64,000 nt of DNA from Prasinococcaceae sp. CCMP 1430 (lineage: Eukaryota > Plantae > Prasinodermophyta): NCBI GenBank assembly GCA_013416795.1, contig RQSC01001262.1, forward strand, positions 8,585 through 72,584, written 5' to 3'. Both the position numbers and the translations under genes were made by a program. The stretch's first letter is position 1; each line of letters begins with the position of its first letter. Shown here piece after piece: positions 56,761 through 64,000 of the stretch. The notes under the pieces were generated by a model. That model was given only the letters and a program-made list of their open reading frames with translations, was not told where the DNA came from and did no database searches.

Positions 56761-57323
56761 GCGCGCGCGCCCGCGCGCCAGTGGGCGCGCGCGCGGCGCC
56801 GCCGCGGACGCGGACACCGCGCGAGGCGCTGTGCGCGCCGCGCGCCTCGCGGCGCCGGCGCTGCGACGGCCGGCGCGCCTGTGTGCCCACCTCCTTTTCT
56901 GCGGGTGTTTTCCGAGCGGGAAAATTCCCAAAATTGGCGCTGTGCGCGCGCGCGCGACACACACACACGCACACACGGCGGACGTCGCCCGGCGACGCGA
57001 CGCCCTCCGTCCCCCCCCCCCCTCACCCGCCCCTGAGCAGCACCACCCCCCCTTAGACCGCCGCGCCGCGCCGTGCGGGCACCCCGGGCCGCGCGGCCCC
57101 GCCTCGGCCCGCGCGCGCGTGGGTCGTGCGAGCGCGCGCGCGCGCCCTTCGAACCTGGTCATTTCGTGGTGTGGTGTGAGTGTGTGTGTGTGTGTCTGGC
57201 TGTGTGTGCGTGCGTGGCGGGGAGGGCAGCGCTGCGGGGGCGGGGCCGAGAGCGCGAGCGTAGTCCTCCTGCGCGCCGGCCGGCGCTGACGCGGACGCGA
57301 GCGCGACGCACACGTGCGCGCAG

Positions 57324-59164
57324 AGGGCGACCGCAAGTCGTACTTGGAGACGTCGCAGTGGACCATCAAGCAGAACCGCGAGACGTTGGCCGCGTGCAAG
57401 CGCGAGAACAAGGAGCTCCGGCAGCAGATGAGCCGCCTCGTGAGGTGCGTGGCGCGTCGCTGGGGGGCGGAGGCGAGGGAGGAGGGCGCGCGCGCGCCCC
57501 GAGGCTCACCTGCGACGGCCTTCGGACGCAGGCGAGCGGGCGCGGGCGCGCGCGCGCGCGCGCGCCGCCGGCTCGGGGGACGTGGGCGCGCAGGCGACTG
57601 ACGCGCCTGCATGCACGCGCGCGCCCCGCGAAGCGAGCGCACCGGCCCGTCCGGCGAGAATGCGCCCAACCCGGACGATGTCGAGGTCGATAGCATGAGC
57701 GACGCCATCGCCGTGCTGCGCAAGCGCTACGACGACATTCGCGAGCTGGCCGCGCGCAAGATGGCCGCCGCTGAGAAGCTCATCGACGACCTCAAGGACC
57801 TTGAGAAGGACGGAAAGGCCTTAGCAGTTGACGATGACTCGCCAACCACGCGTCACATCCGCATGCTCGAGAACCGCCTCGACAAGGCGCTCGTCAAGTA
57901 CAACGAGGCGCAGTCGATCCGGCGCACGTACGAACAGATCGCCAAGCGGCTGCGCGAGCAGCGCATCGGCTTCGACAACCAGCTGGCCGCAATCGAAGGC
58001 TCGCTCAAGGCCAAGGAGCGCGACCTCAAGGAGATGGCGCTCATGGCGCAAGACGCAACCCGCGCCAAGGATGACGCCAAGGCCGAGCTCGCGACGGTGG
58101 ATGACGAGCTCGCGCGCGAGCGGGAGCGGCGCGAGAAGGACCTGGCGGAGCGGCGCACGTCGATCCGCGTCAAGCAGGAGTTGTTCGCGCGGCAGGATGC
58201 GCGGCTTGAGCGGCGGCGTGCGATCAAGCTGGAGGCGATGGGTGACCTCCCCGAGGAGGGGGAGAACAAGCTGCTCGCTGCGCCGATGGCCACGGCGCTC
58301 AAGGATGCGGCGAACGACCGGGCCCTCGCGGAGCAGCAGCGCCGGGTGAGGTCGTACGAGGAGGCCTTCAGCAAGATCAAAGAGGCGACGGGGGTGTCGG
58401 GGGCGAAGGAGGTCATCTCCAAGTTCATGACGCAGGGCGAGACGACCGCCAACCTCCACGCAATGACCAAGGACGTGCAGGCGCGCATCGACCGCCTCAA
58501 AACGAAGAAGGCCTCGCTTCGCACTCAGGTGGAGGAGATCAAGTATTCTGGTGTCGGCGGCAGCGCCTCGCGACGCCTCATTGACGAGCACGAGGCGGAG
58601 CTCGCTGACGCCGACCGCGCCTTCGAGGACGTGCGCAACAAGTACGAGCGACTCTCGCGCGTCTTGGTGGACATGAAGGCGGGCATCGGGCACCTCACGG
58701 ACAAGCTGAAGGTCATGAAGATGGACGCGCCCGCCATCCCCTTGTCGGACGACACGGTCGTCGACGTGCTGAGGCGGGCCGAGCAGAAGCTGCTGCGCTC
58801 GCTTGACGCCATCGCAGCCGCTGGGGAGGAGACCGGCGGCGACGTCGGCACGGCCGGCGGGGCGAGCGCTACGGGGGCGGGCAGCTGGGCGCTGACCGCT
58901 GGTGCGCCGGGTGCGGACCGGAGTGACGACGGCGGCATGCTGCCCGCACACAACGTGCGCGTGCTCAAGGCCGAGCCCGAGCAAAGCGATGACGACGACG
59001 ACGACAGCGGCGACGACCTCACCGGCGACGTGCCAGACCGCAACTTTGTCAAGGCCGCTGCAGAGGAGAAGGAGAGCCGCGCTGTGCGCGAGCGCCAAAA
59101 GGCGGACAAGAAGGCCGCGCTCGGCGGCGCCACCGCGGGCGCCACGCGCGCGGGCATGGCATGA
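57324..59164 (+). CDS. CCDC151: Outer dynein arm docking complex coiled-coil protein (CCDC151/ODAD3; ODA3/ODA10-like); exons 57324-57444 and 57634-59164; first exon not located
   Basis: EGDRKSYLETSQWTIKQNRET and RMLENRLDKALVKYNEAQSIRRTYEQI..RL...RIGFDNQLAAIE. Confidence 0.75.
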
Positions 59165-59867
59165 GCGGCGCCCGGCACCGCTGCGGCGCCCCTGCCGCGC
59201 ACGCGCTCCGCCGCGACCCGACCAATGTATCATAATCTACCGCAAACATTCGCACACCCACGCCCCCCTTGGCCGCCGCGTGCGCGATGGACCACGCGGC
59301 GGTCGCGTCCGTGTGCGGCGGGCGCGTTTGGCGGGCGAGAGGTGCGCGTTGTGGAGCGGCGGTGTCGGTCGAGGTTGAGTGCGAGTCATGACGAGAGCCC
59401 CTCAGTCAGGCGGGAATGGGAAGGGCGCGTCGCTCCACCCCGCGGCCGGACCGAGGCCGCGCCCGCTGCGTAGCTAGCTCGAGCACGCCCTGCAGCACGG
59501 TGCACGTGGGGCTGCGCACCCGCCCGCACCGCATTCGGCGTACATCCCCCAACCCAAAGACACGTCGATAGTTAGGGTGAGTACAGCACAGAACGTACAT
59601 GTGTGCGAGTGCGGCGTGTGGTGCGGTGTCCATAGCACGATCGAGCGCATACCGCGCCACGACCTCTGGCTAGGTGTCAGGGTTCGCCTTCGGCCCTGGC
59701 ACGGCATACGTACTGTACATACGCCGCCCGGCTGGCGTCCGGAGACGCCCCTGCCTGCTCGCCCCGCGAGCATGATGCTCGTTGCCCCATCCCCTTCCAC
59801 CCCCCCGTGGGCTATCGGCACTCACCAGCGGAAGACCCGTTTCAAGCGCCTCATCCCCGTTCTTTGG

Positions 59868-60190
59868 GGCTTTGTCACACCGGGTACGAACTGGGTACAC
59901 CGGGGGAAGCGGGCGAAGCTGCGATCCCAGGCTTTGTCACACCGGGTACGAACTACGAACTGGGTACACCGGGTGAAGCGGGCGAAGCTGCGATCCCAGG
60001 CTTTGTCAGACCGGGTACGAACTGGGTACACCGGGGGAAGCGGGCGAAGCTGCGATCCCAGGCTTTGTCACACCGGGTACGAACTACGAACTGGATACAC
60101 CGGGGGAAGCGGGCGAAGCTGCGATCCCAGGCTTTGTTACACCGGGTACGAACTGGGTACACCGGGGGAAGCGGGCGAAGCTGCGATCCC
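59868..60190. repeat. Tandem minisatellite, 5 units alternating 62 and 69 bp
   Basis: Unit starts TTTGTCACACCGGG at 59871, 59933, 60002, 60064, 60133; long units carry an extra TACGAAC. Confidence 0.92.
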
Positions 60191-60725
60191 ACGCCGGCGC
60201 AGGGTTTGCCTGCCCCGCCCCCGCCTGCGAGATATTCCTCCGCGCGCGCGATCGCATGCGTTTTGATGGCGCGCCGTTCCCCGAGCGCGCGCGCGTGCGC
60301 GTGTGTGCGCGTGTGCGCGTGTGCGCGTGCGCGTGTGCGTGTGTGCGTGTGCGTGTGTGTGTGCGTGTGTGCGTGCGTGTGCGTGTGTGCGTGTGCATGT
60401 GTGTGCAGTGTTCGGTGCCGGGTGTCCGGGCGCGGTGTGGGAGGGGTGGGAGGACGCCGCGTGTGGTGTGGGGTTGGCGAGCGAGCGGCGGCAGCGCGAG
60501 CGGGAGGGCGGACGGTTGGGTGGGGTGGGGTAGGCGGGGAGAGCTCCCTCGGATGGTGGGCATCGCCAGCGCTGCTATGGCAATGGGCGCGATGGCTCAC
60601 GGGCCCCGCTGCGCGCGTGCGGCGGCGCGTCGGGGCTGGCACGAGGTCGCGCAGTGCGCGCTCGTGCGAGTCACAGTGCGCGCCGATCGCACCTCCCCCC
60701 CCCCGACCAGTCGCCCCGCGCCATC

Positions 60726-61967
60726 ATGGCTCGCCGCCTGGTCCTGGCCGGCGCAGCGCTTGTCGCGGTGCAGCAGGCCGCCGCCGCGCCTGTCCGCTCC
60801 CTGCTCGCTGGGGACGACGCCGAGGACGCCCACGACCACGGCCACGGCAACTCGTGCGCGTGCGCGGCCGAGGAGGATGGCTGGGCCATCGACTGCTCCG
60901 ATATGGCCCCCGTCAATGCCGCGTTCGCCCACCTGGAGGCCAGCTGCTCCGATGCTCAGCTCGCGGCTGCCACCGAGGACGAGGAGGAGGAGTGCCACAA
61001 GAACTACCTGATCTTCCAGACGCACCACGACCACTGCCCGCACCACGCGCTGCCGACTGAGCTCGAGGGCGCGCTCCACGCGTACGAGCACAGCTTCGAT
61101 GACTGCTACATCGGCCGCCAGTTCGACGACCAGGCGGAGGCCTGCCCGGCCGTGGACTGCGACGACTCGGCCGCCATGCAGGCGGCGACGCAGACTCTGG
61201 AGGACTCGTGCGCCGACAGCTGCGCGAGTGACGAGTGCAAGGCGGCTATCCAGCTCGTCCTGATGGCGCACGACACCTGCGATGAGTCGAAGCTCCCGAG
61301 CAACATCGAGATCGCCCTGCACGACTACGAGGAGGTCTGCGAGGCCCATCTCTGTAACTCGGTCGCCGAGGCGTTCGATCCCATCTGCAAGGGCTTCGAG
61401 TGGACCGGCGTGTTCGCGGTGGACGACACCACCCACACCTGGCACATGCAGAAGGTCGACGGCGCGTACGCGGACCCGTCGATGAAGATTGTCATCATGC
61501 CGACCGATGCGCCCACGGAGGCGACGATGCACGCCTCCGAGACCGCCGGCAACGCGCTCATCAAGGGCGACTGCACGGTGGTTGAGGACGGCGAGACCAT
61601 GACGCCCATCGCCGCGGATGGCTCGTGCTTTGAGATGCACGTCGGCACTGGCGCCCATTCCAAGTTCACCATCGACACGGAGGGCCTCACGGGCGTGGTG
61701 TTCTTCACTGCGCACGTCCCGACCGAGTTCGAGGACACCCAGCACTACCTCACGGACTCCGCCGAGGCCGACGTCGAGCCGGTGGCGCAGGAGGGCGGCG
61801 GCGGCCACGCCCACCACGACCACGGCGACCACGGTGACGACCATGACGACCATGACGACCACGCTGACGAGGCCGAGACCGAGACCGAGTCGTCCTCGGC
61901 GAGCGCGCTCGGCGCGCCTGCCCTTGCCATCGCGGTGGTCGGCGCGACCATCGCCCTTCTCATCTGA
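60726..61967 (+). CDS. Secreted/GPI-like His-Cys-Asp-rich putative metal-binding surface protein (413 aa), intronless
   Basis: Signal peptide; two Cys/His repeats (QTHHDHC, LMAHDTC, LH.YE); FEWTGVF..YADPSM..HVPTEFE..HYL domain; His-Asp tract; C-terminal SSSASA plus hydrophobic tail. Confidence 0.8.
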   Translation: MARRLVLAGAALVAVQQAAAAPVRSLLAGDDAEDAHDHGHGNSCACAAEEDGWAIDCSDMAPVNAAFAHLEASCSDAQLAAATEDEEEECHKNYLIFQTHHDHCPHHALPTELEGALHAYEHSFDDCYIGRQFDDQAEACPAVDCDDSAAMQAATQTLEDSCADSCASDECKAAIQLVLMAHDTCDESKLPSNIEIALHDYEEVCEAHLCNSVAEAFDPICKGFEWTGVFAVDDTTHTWHMQKVDGAYADPSMKIVIMPTDAPTEATMHASETAGNALIKGDCTVVEDGETMTPIAADGSCFEMHVGTGAHSKFTIDTEGLTGVVFFTAHVPTEFEDTQHYLTDSAEADVEPVAQEGGGGHAHHDHGDHGDDHDDHDDHADEAETETESSSASALGAPALAIAVVGATIALLI

Positions 61968-62561
61968 AGCGAATCCAGCCAAGCAGATATCACATCAGCG
62001 AATCTTGCTGCCCGGGAGCGCTGTCACGTTTTCCGCCAGCCCGCTCGGGCTGCGCACAACGCGCGTGCCCGCTGCCCGCAATAAGGACAATACATTCCAA
62101 TCCGCTCCGCTCCGCGTTTCGATCGGCTCAGTGGCGCGTTTCGTTCGTGCGCTGCTTTACAGATCTGGCGCGATTGCGCGGAAAATGCGCGTGGCGTGCT
62201 GAAACGCCGGTTGCCCGTCCGTCTTCGCGTGCTGCCGTCAGCGGGACAATGCTCGCACGGTCGCGCGGCGAACGCTCCCAGCGACGGTGCCTTCGTTGCT
62301 GGCTGCTGCCCGAACAGGAAAGGGCCAGACACAGCGGTCTCAAGCGCTGGCGGCGCGCCGGTCTTCGCATGTTCGCAGACTATTGAGCCACTCTCCAAGT
62401 CTGCACGCTCTTGATTGAGGGAGCTGCTCGTCTCGCTTTCCCTCGCTCTCTATCTCTCTCTCTCTCTTCTACCGCCCTCCTCTCCGTCCGACTGCCCCTT
62501 CTCCGCGTTGATTGCGCGACCGCGGGCCGCGTCGTGTTTTTCGCGCTCCGTCGCGCCGCGC

Positions 62562-63540
62562 TCAACACGTGTCGCAGAGCTTGCAGCAGTCCACGAACGG
62601 CAAGCAGAGTGGCGCGTCTTCGCAGGCGAACATGCACGGCTGGCACAGGTCGCAGGCGATGTCAGGGCACACCGTGCAGCAGCCCTGTACGCACTCCTCC
62701 ACCGCGGTGCCGCCCAGCGACGAGAGCGCATCGCAGTTGCCCTTGCACTGGTCGCACGGTGAGGCGCAGCCCTCCCTGTCCGGACAAACCACGCAGCAGC
62801 CCTCGAAGCAAGTCTCCCTCGGGTCGGGTATGTCCAGCTGGAACGAGTCGTCTACCCCGGGCGGCAGCTCCGGGAGGACCAGCTCGGGAATCGCCTCGCA
62901 CGATTCCTCGCACGCTGCGCACGGGTCGCCCTCGACCTGCGTCGGCGAGCACTGGGTCGGGTCGGGCGCGCACACGACGCAGCAGAGCTCCTCGCACGAC
63001 GGAAGCACGAAGGATGAGTCGCCGCCGGGCAGAATTCCAGCGAGCTCCGGCGGCAGACCTGCGATGATGTCCGCCAAGTAGTCGGTGCTGGCTGAGGCTT
63101 CCGACTGCGCCTCCTCGCAGCTGGTCGTGCAGCGCTCGCAGGGGTCCACGCACACGCTGCAGAGCTCGCAGCAGCCGTTCGGATACCCCTCCGAAACGAT
63201 GCAAGAGTCGATGTCCGCGACGACGAACGTCGCGCTACCATCCTGGGAGGTAACTTCGGGTGCCGCAAGTCCGCAGTCATTGAGGCATGCGGCGCACACG
63301 AGGCCGTCGGTGGCGCACTCGGTGGGCGTCCCCGTGCAGTCGGCGCCGCCCGTGCCAGAATCCGGGACGTCCACACCTGTACCTCCGCCGGAGCTGCTAT
63401 CAGGAGTTGTGGCGTCTGGCTCGCCGTCGTCCGCGGGCACAGGCCCGCTCGCCGGCAGATCCTCGGCCCCGGCAAGCGCGGCGCCCGAGCCCACGAGCGC
63501 GAGCGCGAGCGCGAGCGCGAGCGCGGCCCGCCGGGCGCAG
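62562..63540 (-). CDS. Cysteine-rich secreted protein with repeated CxxCxxxC...CxxGCCxVC units; start codon unresolved
   Basis: Signal-like AALALALALALVGSGAALA, acidic linker, repeated Cys motifs, stop at 62562. Confidence 0.65.
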
Positions 63541-63659
63541 CGGGAGCACAGCACAATTCCAATGCGGCGATTCCAGGCAATTCCAATTCGGCAATGCGTT
63601 CCGCATGTATTCGCCTGCCTGCGAAGCGCAGGGCAACAACGTAAAAGAGGAGGAACCGC

Positions 63660-63844
63660 AACCGTCGACCCTGGTGCCTCCAGCTGACGACCCTGGTGTG
63701 TCAGTCGACCCTGGCGAAACAAATTAAAGACCCAACATACCCTAATCCGTCGACCTGGTGCCCTCATCCGTCGACCCTGGTGCGTCCGTCGACCCTGGTG
63801 CCCTCCTCCGTCGACCCTGGTATCAACCGTCGACCCCGGTGCAC
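63660..63844. repeat. About 10 copies of a CGTCGACCCTGGTG core with short variable linkers
   Basis: Direct reading; each copy carries a SalI site GTCGAC (one variant GACGAC). Confidence 0.85.
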
Positions 63845-64000
63845 CGTGTACCCGATCCGACGCCGGCGGCCCCCGCCACAGCGGCGGCCTGTCTGCAGCG
63901 CGCGCCGCCGCTCTGCTGCGCTCCCTCCCCCCCGACCCATGCAGCACTATCCCGCGCGCGCGACACACAGCGCGCAGAGCGAGCGCGCCGGCGCGGCGCG

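Noticed and set aside
59868-60190. CRISPR-like array
   Set aside because: No unique spacers, units nearly identical end to end, no cas genes, eukaryotic context
63660-63844. CRISPR-like array of GTCGAC repeats
   Set aside because: Linkers of mostly 2-9 nt are far too short for spacers
39300-64000. Long Ala/Arg/Gly-rich ORFs (e.g. 42504-44165 +, 57821-59233 -, 60597-61982 -, 40944-42476 +)
   Set aside because: Antisense or alternate-frame shadows caused by high GC and GC3 bias; no recognisable motifs

Overview
The window has two sharply different parts. (1) Bases 1-39278 are an organellar, T-rich, frameshift-free and nearly complete green-algal-type mitochondrial genome. It carries nad1/2/3/4/4L/5/6/9, cob, cox1-3, atp6/8/9, sdh3, an sdh4-like ORF, tatC, 9 rps and 4 rpl genes, 23 distinct tRNAs, rns, a probable rrn5, and an rnl split into three exons by two bipartite group I introns (sites 1931 and 2500; exon 3 is on the opposite strand). 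It has large inverted repeats (1-2191 vs 16591-18781; 28061-29395 vs 37727-39061). (2) From ~39279 to the end is very GC-rich, intron-containing nuclear DNA: a full-length axonemal inner-arm dynein heavy chain, a CCDC151/ODA-docking-complex gene, a Plg-R(KT) homolog, a putative thylakoid protein, an orphan sulfotransferase exon, a His/Cys-rich putative GPI-anchored metal-binding protein, a Cys-rich secreted protein and tandem repeats. The rnl architecture matches my recollection of what was described for the prasinophyte Prasinoderma coloniale, so the source is inferred to be Prasinoderma or a relative; the mito-nuclear join may be a misassembly or a very recent NUMT. Most notable: (a) AGA/AGG and TTA codons are absent from every gene body I read and appear only at gene ends, suggesting they are unassigned or act as stops (candidate deviant code); (b) the trans-spliced introns, one of which encloses the SSU rRNA gene; (c) an exact 900-bp segment (16982-17881) that is the reverse but NOT the complement of 901-1800, almost certainly a computational artefact. 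All coordinates were read by eye; no searches were run.
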